The translations under genes and the position numbers were made by a program. Positions 1 through 9,142 of a stretch of DNA of 64,000 bases are shown here, in pieces. Source of the DNA: a virus. Each line of letters starts with the position of its first letter. The first letter of the stretch is position 1. The notes below the pieces were generated by a model, which made no database searches, was not told where the DNA came from, and worked only from the letters and a program-made list of their open reading frames with translations. The DNA lies in the IMG/VR virus record IMGVR_UViG_3300028549_003662, positions 1-64,000 of that record. One strand, 5' to 3'.

Positions 1-128
1 AGGCAGAGCTCGCTCAGGTGCATCTTGGTGCGGAAGATGGAAGCCGACGCGTAGCAGCGCGTCCCGTTTGTCGTGACCCTCTCGCGCAGTGCGGCGCAAA
101 CGTGCTGTTCATCAAGGGTCTGGTACAT
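1..128 (-). CDS. Hypothetical protein, partial (runs off left edge)
   Basis: ATG at 128 overlaps the TGA of the upstream gene, with AGGAG upstream; reads MYQTLDEQHVCAALRERV... open to the edge. Confidence 0.55.
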   Translation of the reverse strand, partial: MYQTLDEQHVCAALRERVTTNGTRCYASASIFRTKMHLSELC

Positions 129-625
129 CAGTCCTGCTCCTCACGGTACGGCGACGTCGGGACAACCTTGAATGTTCCGCTGGTGAGGAGGTGGTCCTTG
201 GCGGCGTGCTCGCCCTGGGGGAGGACGCCATGCTTGGCCACGTGCTGCGCGATGCTGGCCAGCCAATCCTCCGGGGAAATGCCGGTGCGTCCGGGGATCT
301 GTCGGGCGAGCAGCGAACGCTTCCGCTCCGCATTCCGCACCTCGGCGTCCAGCATGTACTGCATGTTGTGTTCGACACCGGCCGGAAGGGTCTGGAAGCC
401 CTCGATGCGATCCTTGGGGATGTCCAGTGTGGACACGAGGCCACTCACGGGGTTGAAGGCCTTGTAGACGACCTTGCCGCGCGAGGTGTTCACGCTCCCC
501 GACATCTGCTCGGTGACTTCCAACTCCAGGTAGAACCCGGTGACACGCCAGACCCGTTCGAGCTCTTCCCAGAACCCGGCGGCGACCTTGCCCGACTTCA
601 GAACTGCGCACTGAATCTGTTTCAT
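128..625 (-). CDS. Hypothetical protein
   Basis: 165 aa ORF, start/stop overlaps with both neighbours. Confidence 0.7.
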   Translation of the reverse strand: MKQIQCAVLKSGKVAAGFWEELERVWRVTGFYLELEVTEQMSGSVNTSRGKVVYKAFNPVSGLVSTLDIPKDRIEGFQTLPAGVEHNMQYMLDAEVRNAERKRSLLARQIPGRTGISPEDWLASIAQHVAKHGVLPQGEHAAKDHLLTSGTFKVVPTSPYREEQD

Positions 626-1269
626 TGGTCCTTCTCATGATGTTTGAACGTCTTCACCAAGGCCACCTGCGCGGTTCCGCCGGAGTTCTTGATGACGGAG
701 CGGTAGACTTCGAGGTCGAGGGGATCGTGGATCTCAATGCTCGCCCACGACGGATTGGGGAGGTAGACACCAGACCCGTTGTTGCCGAGCACCGCCAGCG
801 CCACTTCTTTCTGCAGCACAACCTGGCCATTGGCGGGGATGGTGATCTGGCGGTATGGCAGAGCGGCCGACGTCGCCTTGTCATTGACGTGGTTCATGTC
901 CACGGCGTCTATGAGGCTGCCGCTGCCGGCGTAGGTGATGGAGGCGCGGCCGCCGATCTGGTTCTCGTTGAAGTAGACGCGGCCCAGGTAGGGGGCGACG
1001 AAAAAGGTCTTGTTGCTTGGCGGCCAAGTCAGCGCGCCCGTCCAGGATTCCGATGTGCTGTAGTCCTTCACCAGCATACCGGCGCCGCCGTAGGCGGTGA
1101 TGGGGGCCTCGAAGATCCGGGCAACGCCGATATTGGCGCGCACCGGATCTTCGACGATGGGGACGATGTCGGTGCGGATGACGTACTCGCCGGATTCCGT
1201 CGGGCTCACGCGCCTGTTGACGACGGGGAGACGCGGGCCATCAGCGGTCGATGCGGTGTACTCGCTCAT
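622..1269 (-). CDS. Putative virion structural (tail/baseplate-like) protein
   Basis: ATG 1269 overlaps upstream TGA; beta-rich, FFVAPYLGRVYFNENQIGGRASITYAGSGS resembles phage tail protein segments. Confidence 0.45.
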   Translation of the reverse strand: MSEYTASTADGPRLPVVNRRVSPTESGEYVIRTDIVPIVEDPVRANIGVARIFEAPITAYGGAGMLVKDYSTSESWTGALTWPPSNKTFFVAPYLGRVYFNENQIGGRASITYAGSGSLIDAVDMNHVNDKATSAALPYRQITIPANGQVVLQKEVALAVLGNNGSGVYLPNPSWASIEIHDPLDLEVYRSVIKNSGGTAQVALVKTFKHHEKDQ

Positions 1270-2135
1270 TTCAGTCCTCGTGCGGTTGAAACTATCTTGA
1301 AGCAACCGCTGACAAACTTGTTTTTCGTTGTCGGGTCAAAATCGTCGAGGATCTTCCACGCCCCTTCCTGCAGTGCGCCTTCGTGCAGCGCCAACCCGGA
1401 AAGGATGTCCGTTCTGATACGCTCTTGCAGCCGTTCCGCAAGTTCCACCCAACCGACTTTTTGTAGCGCATCGTCGATCGCTTTGGCAATGTCGGTGAAC
1501 GACGCCGTACCTGCGGTCAATGCCGAATACAGGTTCTCGGCCACCTTGTTTTCTTTGCGCTCTTCTATCATTTTCACAACCCTCGCGGCAGTGGCCTCGT
1601 GCTGGCTGGCACGGATGACATTGACGATCTTGGCCGGGACACCATCAGTGTACCGATACACGGGCTCCAGCATATCCTTGTGGTAGGCCCAGGCGCACTT
1701 CTTCGAAAGCCTCTTCAGCATCACTTCCAGATCCACCAGGGACAGCGGGAACATGCTGAAGTCGACGCTTGGGATGCTGAGCCGCGATGTCGAGCACACG
1801 AAGAACATGTTGTCCGCCGTGTACTCCAGAAGTCCGAGCAGGCGCTCGCGCTGCATGAAACCGTCGTGCACGGATATTGTCACACCGCGCTTCTTACCAT
1901 CCACGCGCCGTGTGACAAGCGAGTTCAGCACTTTGTCGGCGCGCATCCGCAGGTCCATCCAGCCGATGAACACCGACTGCAGCCCCATCGCCTCCACGCA
2001 CAGCTTTGCGACATCACGCTTCAGGCACCCGGCGGGGCCGTGAAGCTGGATGATGTCGACGCCGTGCAGGCGGTCGGAGTTCATGGCGTCGAAGACCCGG
2101 CATGCTGCCGGGTACTCCTGGATTACGGCGTCCAT
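1266..2135 (-). CDS. Clamp-loader / DNA pol III delta-prime-like AAA+ protein, degenerate P-loop
   Basis: IIQLHGPAGCLKRD is a degenerate Walker A; FFVCSTS strand; DGVPAKI lid; 289 aa. Confidence 0.45.
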   Translation of the reverse strand: MDAVIQEYPAACRVFDAMNSDRLHGVDIIQLHGPAGCLKRDVAKLCVEAMGLQSVFIGWMDLRMRADKVLNSLVTRRVDGKKRGVTISVHDGFMQRERLLGLLEYTADNMFFVCSTSRLSIPSVDFSMFPLSLVDLEVMLKRLSKKCAWAYHKDMLEPVYRYTDGVPAKIVNVIRASQHEATAARVVKMIEERKENKVAENLYSALTAGTASFTDIAKAIDDALQKVGWVELAERLQERIRTDILSGLALHEGALQEGAWKILDDFDPTTKNKFVSGCFKIVSTARGLK

Positions 2136-2377
2136 CAGAATGCCTTCGGGTTTCTCGCAGCTTCTTCGGGTGTGCGAATACCGTAGAAGAGCAGGTTGAG
2201 ATCCATTCGCACACCTTCAAGGATGTACATCGGGCAGTCGGTGTCGTGGAGCTCGTCCTCAGCGGCGCCGCACTCCACGCACTTGCCGTCCTTGGTGCGC
2301 AGATGCTTTTTGAGCCGCTTGCTGGCGCGCACGAAGTTGGCGGTCTTCCCGATGACCCGTTCTTTCAATACAGCCAC
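2135..2377 (-). CDS. Small Zn-binding protein
   Basis: CVEC-x7-H-x3-C motif; overlaps neighbours. Confidence 0.6.
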   Translation of the reverse strand: MAVLKERVIGKTANFVRASKRLKKHLRTKDGKCVECGAAEDELHDTDCPMYILEGVRMDLNLLFYGIRTPEEAARNPKAF

Positions 2378-4206
2378 TACAGCACCTCACGCGCGAACGA
2401 GGTCTGCAGAACAGACTCCCCGTCGCTGTTTACGAATATGTTGATGACCCTGTCGGCACCGATGGCGGCGGAAAGCGCCGGCTGGTGCGAGATCATGATG
2501 ATGTTTCTGAAGAAGCTCTTCATGTGCGTCGAGAGCAGCAGCGCCAGGGCCTGCACGCCCTCATTGTCGAGACCGGAGTCGAATACCTCGTCTATGAAGA
2601 GCGTGTCCGTACCCGGCGCCATAAGGGAGAACGCGAGAGTTGTGGCGATGCGCACGCGCTGCCGCTCACCCGATGAAAGCTGCTTTACCTCTTTGTCGTT
2701 GACCTTGATGGTGATGCCGTCCTCATTGGCGCCAAGCTCTAGCTGCATCGTGGAGATCTGGCTGAGCAGGAAGTTGCAGAAGTCGTTAAGGCGGCTCAGG
2801 AAGATGTTGAAGTACACGCTCGGCATGACCTCGTTCATCACCACGTTGGCCTGCCGCAGGCGGCCCATCAGGCTCTCAATGGCGGTGATGGTTTTGGACT
2901 TCCGCGCGATGGTGGCGTTTACGTCTTCGAGACGCGCAGCGATGGTGCGGATGTTCTTCAGCAGCCGCTGCAGGTGCTCCCTGTGGTCGGCGACCTTGAA
3001 GAGTTCCTGTGCGCGCGCATTCGCGACATCGTACTCGTGGACGCTGTCACCGAGCAACTTGATGCGGCTGTCGAGGCCGGTGATCTCAATTCCGAATGCC
3101 GCCACGGCGTCGATGACACCCTGGATCTCTTCCTGCGTCACCGCGGTGAGCTTGCCCTGCAGGCGCTGCTGCAACTCCTCAAGGCCCGCCTTCTCGCGTG
3201 CAATGGTGGCTTCGAGTTCACCGCGGCGCTTCTCCAGCTTCTGCTGCTTCTCCGCGCCTGTGACGATGCGCTTGCCGCAAGCCGAGCACACCATGACTCC
3301 CTGGCAGGACGGACACGACAGCGCCTCTGCGGCGTCGTTCAACCGCTCCAGCACACCTTGCAGCTCCGTCTCCGCGACAACGATGGCGTTCTGGGTGCGC
3401 GAGATCCCGGAGGCGGCATCGGCGACGCGCTCATTGTGCTTGTACGCCTTCTGCACCCAGTCCGTGCCCTGCTTGACGCGCGTGCGCTTCAACTCAACAT
3501 CTTCCTGGTCGCGCTGCCGGTCAAGGATGGCCTGATTGTACGCGTCGGGGGTCATGGGAAGCCCGACGGTGGCCTGGGCCATCAAGGAGTCGATGCGCCG
3601 CTTCTCGCTGCTGGCGGTGCTGCGAGCTTCGATGAGCGAGGTCTCGATCTCCTCGCGCAGGATGTACATGCTGTCGATGTCGTGGCTGACCTTGATCTTC
3701 TTGTCATTCAGCGTCTCAAGCAGCCGCTTATTGTAGGGCACGCACTTGTTGCGCAGGAAGTCGACCTCGCGAATGAGTGAGGTCAGCATCTCCTTGCGCT
3801 TGAACTCCTGCACGTCGACGAAGTGGGCCTGCTCCGCAGAGAGGAAGGAGAAGCTGGTGGCGAGCTTGACGCGATCCATGAAAGATGCGTCGCGAACACT
3901 GTACTCCTCGCCCTGCTGCTGCACCGACGTTCCACCCTTGCCACGCTTTATCGTGGTCGGCTTGCTGTCGATGGTGCAGTTGATGGTGACGCCAAAAGCA
4001 GCACCGGAACTGGTTCCGTTGCGCTGCAGGTCGGACTTGCGCAGGTTCGGCACAGCGCCGGTGAGGGCGTACTGCGCGGAGTGCCTGATGGAGGTCTTGC
4101 CGGCGCCGTTGGCTCCGAGCAGGACAGTAAGTCCGGGCTCGAAGACGAAGCTCAGCTTCTTCCAGGATCTAAAGTTTACTGCCGTCAAGCTCTGCAGAGT
4201 CAGCAT
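2377..4206 (-). CDS. sbcC: SbcC/Rad50/gp46-like SMC ATPase
   Basis: Walker A GANGAGKT, coiled coil with CPSC/CSAC hook, signature LSSGE, Walker B LFIDEVFD, ISH. Confidence 0.92.
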   Translation of the reverse strand: MLTLQSLTAVNFRSWKKLSFVFEPGLTVLLGANGAGKTSIRHSAQYALTGAVPNLRKSDLQRNGTSSGAAFGVTINCTIDSKPTTIKRGKGGTSVQQQGEEYSVRDASFMDRVKLATSFSFLSAEQAHFVDVQEFKRKEMLTSLIREVDFLRNKCVPYNKRLLETLNDKKIKVSHDIDSMYILREEIETSLIEARSTASSEKRRIDSLMAQATVGLPMTPDAYNQAILDRQRDQEDVELKRTRVKQGTDWVQKAYKHNERVADAASGISRTQNAIVVAETELQGVLERLNDAAEALSCPSCQGVMVCSACGKRIVTGAEKQQKLEKRRGELEATIAREKAGLEELQQRLQGKLTAVTQEEIQGVIDAVAAFGIEITGLDSRIKLLGDSVHEYDVANARAQELFKVADHREHLQRLLKNIRTIAARLEDVNATIARKSKTITAIESLMGRLRQANVVMNEVMPSVYFNIFLSRLNDFCNFLLSQISTMQLELGANEDGITIKVNDKEVKQLSSGERQRVRIATTLAFSLMAPGTDTLFIDEVFDSGLDNEGVQALALLLSTHMKSFFRNIIMISHQPALSAAIGADRVINIFVNSDGESVLQTSFAREVL

Positions 4207-5059
4207 TGCGCACCACGCTTCTGATAATCCGTTTCGTGAGGGGTTCTGTGCTCACCATGTCAAGGCACTCGTCGACGCGCATCGTGTTGTTCTTGATGTC
4301 CTCAATCACCAGGGCGATGTCCTTGTACGTGGCTTCCTTCTTCTCCGAGCGCGTGCGCGTCATGGCGAAAGATGTGGCGTCAGGGGCGTCGGAGTCGGCG
4401 GTGATGTTGAGTTCGTGCCGCACGTAGGAGCCATCAGCGTTGACGACGTACGCGAAGCGGTTGTTCTGGTACTCGTCGCTCCACGTGCAGGGGTAAGGGG
4501 AGCCGACCTGGATGAGCTTCTTATCTTCCTTGGCGATCTCCGCGTTCTTGTGCAAGTGGCCGTTGAAGAGCAGCGGCGCATCCGGCATGCCGTCGAGGCT
4601 CAGCGCCCATTCCTTGTCGCTGTACGGGTTGAGCTCAACGATGTCCTTGTGCATGAACGCCATGCGGTACTGCCCGGCACCCCAATCCTTGGAATAGTAA
4701 GGGAGGAAGAGGCAGTCGTCGACGACGGTTGGCTTGCTGATGACGTTGACTCCAGCCAGCTTGAATATGTCCAGCAAGGAATAATCGTAGCCCTTGATGG
4801 GGGTGTCGTGGTTGCCGACGATCAAATAGATGCTGCTGAACATCTTGAAAATGGCGGCAATGGCCATGATCTGCTGGATGCTCACCATCGTATTGCGGTC
4901 GTAGAGGTCGCCGAGGACGACCAGAGACTTGCACTGCGATTTCACGGCGATGACACGCAGCTTGCGCATGAGGATGTTGAATTCCTCAATTCGTGTACGC
5001 GGCAGCCGCTCATGCAAATGCGTGTCAGTGATGACAAGAAGTGGAAACATCGAACACAC
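4169..5059 (-). CDS. sbcD: SbcD/Mre11/gp47-like metallophosphoesterase nuclease
   Basis: DTHLH, GDLYD, GNHD, GHLH motifs; adjacent to sbcC. Confidence 0.9.
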   Translation of the reverse strand: MCSMFPLLVITDTHLHERLPRTRIEEFNILMRKLRVIAVKSQCKSLVVLGDLYDRNTMVSIQQIMAIAAIFKMFSSIYLIVGNHDTPIKGYDYSLLDIFKLAGVNVISKPTVVDDCLFLPYYSKDWGAGQYRMAFMHKDIVELNPYSDKEWALSLDGMPDAPLLFNGHLHKNAEIAKEDKKLIQVGSPYPCTWSDEYQNNRFAYVVNADGSYVRHELNITADSDAPDATSFAMTRTRSEKKEATYKDIALVIEDIKNNTMRVDECLDMVSTEPLTKRIIRSVVRNADSAELDGSKL

Positions 5060-5093
5060 CTACTCTCAATCAGCTACAGGTAAAAGGGGTGCT

Positions 5094-5132
5094 TGTTGCC
5101 CGCAAGCTACAGGTGGTTTCCCTGAATGTCAA
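5094..5132 (-). promoter_or_regulatory. Sigma70-type promoter for leftward operon
   Basis: TTGACA(5132-5127)-17 bp-TAGCTT. Confidence 0.7.
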
Positions 5133-5142
5133 GGACAGTTTG

Positions 5143-5181
5143 TTGACAATATCTCACAGCACCTGTATTCATACGGGCAAC
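5143..5181 (+). promoter_or_regulatory. Sigma70-type promoter for rightward operon
   Basis: TTGACA(5143)-17 bp-TATTCA-TACGG. Confidence 0.7.
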
Positions 5182-5205
5182 ACGAGAAACCGAGGTTGAG
5201 AATTT

Positions 5206-5784
5206 ATGAAAAAAGTTGAAAGCTACCCCGTCACATGCGAGGTGCTCTTGTACTCCGCAAAGGAGCTCAAGGCGCAGTTCGGCATTGAGAAGGCGGTGCT
5301 GGATCTGTTGGAGCGCAACGGCCTCGTGCGCCCCGTTCCCGGACAGGGCGGCGCGCTACACCGGTACAGCATCTACGATGTCAAGATCGGTCTGGCCGCC
5401 ATTGCGCAGAGCATCCCTTTGGAAGTGGTGTCTGCGGCCGAGGCCAAGCGCGGCCACGACCTATCAACTGCAGATGGGTGGAAGGCCGCCATCCGTCGCG
5501 CCATCATCGTGAACCGCAACATGCCCTCCCAGGCTCTGGCTGCTGCCATCTACGCCGCCATCGCCGCTGCGGCTGATGAGGTCGCGCTTAGCCAGGTCAA
5601 GATCATCGTCCCCGGCATCGGTCAGTTGCTGCGCGTCACGCAGAAAGCGCGTGTGTGCGATACCATGCTGACGAAGCAACCGATGCTTATACCGGCGCAC
5701 GAGGTGTGGAAACTCCGTGTCTCCGCGCGCCTCAAGAAAGCTGTACGCCAGCAGACAACCAAGAAAACCCGAAACAAGGAGTAA
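5206..5784 (+). CDS. MerR-like HTH fused to HU/IHF-like domain
   Basis: N-term YSAKEL..FGI....LDLLERNGLVRP....RYSIYDV; C-term IIVPGIGQL..QKAR...IPAHEVWKLRVSARLKKAV. Confidence 0.65.
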   Translation: MKKVESYPVTCEVLLYSAKELKAQFGIEKAVLDLLERNGLVRPVPGQGGALHRYSIYDVKIGLAAIAQSIPLEVVSAAEAKRGHDLSTADGWKAAIRRAIIVNRNMPSQALAAAIYAAIAAAADEVALSQVKIIVPGIGQLLRVTQKARVCDTMLTKQPMLIPAHEVWKLRVSARLKKAVRQQTTKKTRNKE

Positions 5785-5787
5785 GCA

Positions 5788-6264
5788 ATGGCTCAGAAGC
5801 CCGCCAAAACCGCTAAGCCCAAGAGTGGCGCCAAGGTTTCCATGTTCCCCAAGGCCCATCCCGCCCCGCAGCCCGTGAAGGCGCCCATGACCGAGACCGA
5901 GATGATCGCTCGCGCCGCCATCCGCAGCGCCGCCGCCATCAAGGGCGCCCGGTGCGTGGACAGCAACTTCCTCATCGGGAAGCGCGTCAATGGTGGCCTG
6001 CAGGACGTGTTCACCATCATCCTGCAGCCCGTGCAGACCCCTGAAGGCGCCACCAACATGCGCCTTCAGCTCATCCCCTTCGTCCCGCCGTTCTTCATCC
6101 GCGACACCTCGCGCCCTGAGATCGGCGACCGCCACCTCATCGAGGTCTACGACGTCCCCGACGAAATCGCCGACCACTACCTGGAGAAGCTCGAAATCGC
6201 CGCTAAGGCTGCCGCTGTCGTTGCACCGGTTCTTGGCGCGAGCGCTCCGGCTGTTGCGGAGTAG
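5788..6264 (+). CDS. Hypothetical protein
   Basis: 158 aa, AAGGAG RBS. Confidence 0.75.
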   Translation: MAQKPAKTAKPKSGAKVSMFPKAHPAPQPVKAPMTETEMIARAAIRSAAAIKGARCVDSNFLIGKRVNGGLQDVFTIILQPVQTPEGATNMRLQLIPFVPPFFIRDTSRPEIGDRHLIEVYDVPDEIADHYLEKLEIAAKAAAVVAPVLGASAPAVAE

Positions 6265-6269
6265 CCGTC

Positions 6270-6596
6270 ATGGCCCTCATCCGCAAGAAAGACATCACGG
6301 AGAAGCTCCTCACGACGTCAAAACGCCGTGAACGCATCGGCTCGCACGCCGCTGCCGACGACATCGTCACCGACGTCTTCAACATCATCATTGCTGAAGT
6401 CATGCGCGGAAACGATGTCGCCATCGCAGGCCTGGGGAAGATCCGTGTGAAGACCTACAAGGGCCGCAAGTGTCGCAACGTCCACACCGGGGCCGAGATG
6501 TTCGTCCCCCCGACGCTGAACGTGAAGTTCGACGTCGAGCCCGCTGCGAAGCGTGAACTCAACCGCGTCCACTGCAGCGGCGTATTCTCGAAGTAG
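6270..6596 (+). CDS. HU/IHF family DNA-binding protein
   Basis: VAIAGLGKIRVKTYKGRKCRNVHTGAEMFVP...VKF signature. Confidence 0.9.
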   Translation: MALIRKKDITEKLLTTSKRRERIGSHAAADDIVTDVFNIIIAEVMRGNDVAIAGLGKIRVKTYKGRKCRNVHTGAEMFVPPTLNVKFDVEPAAKRELNRVHCSGVFSK

Positions 6597-6652
6597 CCCA
6601 TAACGGGCCGGGGACGATAAACCCGGCCCACACCTCAGAAAGGAGTATACTG

Positions 6653-7825
6653 ATGAAAATCACCAAACAGTCTGTCGTCGTGTTGGATTGCGCTTCGCAG
6701 TCCCCGGCCATGAACATCGAAGCTGCCGCGCGCACCTGCTACAAGAGCGAGGATCGCATCACCGAGGGCTCGGCCGAGACGCTCCTCGCTGCGCTCATCA
6801 AGCGCAAGCATTTCCCGATGCTGGAGTTCGCACACCTTGCGCTGTGCATCCGTGACCACAACCTGCACTTCCACCTCTCCAAGGCTATGGCCAGTGGTAA
6901 GTTCCTCGGCCTGCGCATGACGAGCAACTACGACGTGGTGGAACCGCGCGTGGAGAACTTCGGTCGCAAGGACATCGCCGACGAGTTCACGAAGTTACCG
7001 CGCTTCGTCATCTCTGGTAGCATCCGCGCCATGATGCAGCTCCTGGTCGGCGCTCGCGAGTTCGCCAGGAACGACAACGACCACAAGCTCATCACGCGCG
7101 CCGAGCGCTACCTCGGAAGCGAGTGCGGGTTCTTGAAAATCGTCGACGCGTACGATCCGGGGTGGCTGATGTCGGCCGCAACCATCATCGCCCGCGATGG
7201 GGCCTTCGAGCCCATCTCCCTTCTCAACCACGACCCCCGTACCTGGGAGCAGTGCAGCGACGAAGAGATCCGCGCCCACACCTACGCCGTGCTGCGCTTC
7301 ATCACCGACCGCGGCGTCACCCACGAGATGGTGCGGCACCGCGTGTGCGGCTTCGCCCAGGAGAGCACGCGCTACGTCAAGTACGACGACGCCGAGTTCA
7401 TCCTGCCGGTGTGGTGCAACGACGAGATGATGCGCGTCCACAACGAGGGCGGAAACCTCGAAGAGCTCACCGCCCCCATTGCGGATGTGATGTGGCTGCA
7501 CAACTGCACCACGAGCGAATGCGGGTACGGCGACCTCGCGGCGCAGAAGTGGCAGGCCCAACAGGCTCGCACCGTGCTCAACAACTCCCTGAAGACGGAG
7601 ATCGTCGTGGCGGCGAACCTCGAAGAGTGGGGGCACATCATCAACATGCGCAGCATCGGTGTCAGCGGCCCGCCGCATCCGCAGATGCAGGACCTGGCGC
7701 GCAAGGCCCACATCCTGCTGAGCGAGAAGTACGGTGAGTTCGTCCCTGCCGTCCCCGCTGACGGGCTCGTGTTGCAGCGCAACACCGACAAGGACTCCCT
7801 CACCATCCAGGCCGCTTACATCTAA
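6653..7825 (+). CDS. thyX: FAD-dependent thymidylate synthase (long form)
   Basis: AARTCYKS, H.PMLEF, RGVTHEMVRHR-x7-S(TRY), HPQMQ. Confidence 0.92.
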   Translation: MKITKQSVVVLDCASQSPAMNIEAAARTCYKSEDRITEGSAETLLAALIKRKHFPMLEFAHLALCIRDHNLHFHLSKAMASGKFLGLRMTSNYDVVEPRVENFGRKDIADEFTKLPRFVISGSIRAMMQLLVGAREFARNDNDHKLITRAERYLGSECGFLKIVDAYDPGWLMSAATIIARDGAFEPISLLNHDPRTWEQCSDEEIRAHTYAVLRFITDRGVTHEMVRHRVCGFAQESTRYVKYDDAEFILPVWCNDEMMRVHNEGGNLEELTAPIADVMWLHNCTTSECGYGDLAAQKWQAQQARTVLNNSLKTEIVVAANLEEWGHIINMRSIGVSGPPHPQMQDLARKAHILLSEKYGEFVPAVPADGLVLQRNTDKDSLTIQAAYI

Positions 7826-9141
7826 GCCGTAGCGGCCGCGCACCCATCAACGCCAGTGTCTGTGAACCAGACACTGGCGTTTTTGATTGGTGTGTAGTCG
7901 TAGTCGGGGTTGCCGCTGCGGATCTCAGAGATGACCTTCCTGCGGAACGCCAGCATGCGCTCGCCAAGGCACGAATTCACGAACGCACCCTTGAGGGCGC
8001 GCGTCACCAGCGTACAAATGAACGCACCGCGATTCCGTATGCCGTCGTCCAGAGCCTCCAGGGCTATCTGAAGGCACGTTTCCCGTGACAGCGCACCGGT
8101 GTGGTCGGCAACGAGGTCGGAGAAGACCTCGCGCACCTTGGCGACTTTCTGGCACTGAGAGGGGAGGTCGGCGAAGTAGGCGTCCGCGCGCACTGCCCGG
8201 CGCGGGGCCTGCACCCCAACTGTGGGCTCAAGGGCGTTTTGGCTTTCCTGCCTTTCTTCTTCAGAAACCACCACGGCTGTTCCCGCCCCGCCTAATACGT
8301 GGTGGTTTGCAGAAGAAGGGGAGGAGGCGTTAGCCTCCGACTCTTCTGATGCAGTCTTATAACTGAGTCTAATATAGTTGTGTAACGTCTGTTCAGACAG
8401 TGTGTTTATCTGCCCATGTGATGGGTAAAAAGGCTCTTCTGACTTGTGTATAAATGCTCCATCTATGTCGATCAGTTTAGGGTCGCGGAACGTGAATCTA
8501 AACACAGGGTGCTTCAGTTTGTTTTCCGGGGTATTCTTTTTCAGCACCTTTATGACGCCGTTGTACTCCAAGTCACGCAGACGCGTTTTGATGCAGCGCA
8601 GCGATATTCCGAGGTCGGCGCAGATGTCTTTGTACTTCGGCCAGACATCGCAGTTGCTGACATCGTGGTCTGCCAGATACGCGAACAGCAGCTTAGTGCC
8701 CGGTGTGAAGTTCGTCAGCAGCATGAAGCGCGGCAGGCGCATGAAGCGAAAAAGCCCAGTCGGGTCGAATGGCTCTCCGAACTTGAGATCCTTCGCGGCG
8801 GCGTTGTTCGTGCACGCCGCCCAGATGGGATGCCAAAGCAGGGTGTAGGTGAAGCCGGTTCTGGTAGACGTTCGCTTTGCGGAGAACAGCCCCATCTTGC
8901 GCAGGTTCCCCATCGCGACACATACGGTTTTGTTGGAGCGTATTCCGCAGAGCTCGTTTATCTTTATGAGCCTGGGGTGGCAGGTGCCTTTATTGTTGGT
9001 GGCGAGGCTCAAAATTGTGGAGGCTACCAGGATTTCGTTTGACCTCGAAAGTTGCTGAGAGAGCCCTTTCGGTATGGCGAGAAAACTTGAAATCTCCAAA
9101 ACTTTTTTCTTGCTTTCTGCGTTTACGAACGGTATAAGCAT
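7822..9141 (-). CDS. Replication-initiator-like protein with two winged-HTH domains
   Basis: Two units (CHPRLIKINELCGI..KTV..AMGNLRKMG; VWPKYKDICADLGISLRCIKTRLRDLEYNG) typical of HTH_36/phage initiators; AGGAG RBS; lower GC. Confidence 0.6.
   Translation of the reverse strand: MLIPFVNAESKKKVLEISSFLAIPKGLSQQLSRSNEILVASTILSLATNNKGTCHPRLIKINELCGIRSNKTVCVAMGNLRKMGLFSAKRTSTRTGFTYTLLWHPIWAACTNNAAAKDLKFGEPFDPTGLFRFMRLPRFMLLTNFTPGTKLLFAYLADHDVSNCDVWPKYKDICADLGISLRCIKTRLRDLEYNGVIKVLKKNTPENKLKHPVFRFTFRDPKLIDIDGAFIHKSEEPFYPSHGQINTLSEQTLHNYIRLSYKTASEESEANASSPSSANHHVLGGAGTAVVVSEEERQESQNALEPTVGVQAPRRAVRADAYFADLPSQCQKVAKVREVFSDLVADHTGALSRETCLQIALEALDDGIRNRGAFICTLVTRALKGAFVNSCLGERMLAFRRKVISEIRSGNPDYDYTPIKNASVWFTDTGVDGCAAATA
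7849..7884 (+). terminator. Rho-independent terminator after thyX
   Basis: 14-bp stem AACGCCAGTGTCTG/CAGACACTGGCGTT ending in a T-run; lies inside the 3' end of the antisense gene. Confidence 0.75.
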
Positions 9142-9142
9142 T

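Noticed and set aside
7849-7884. 14-bp inverted repeat as a mobile-element end
   Set aside because: Position after the thyX stop and the T-tail fit an intrinsic terminator
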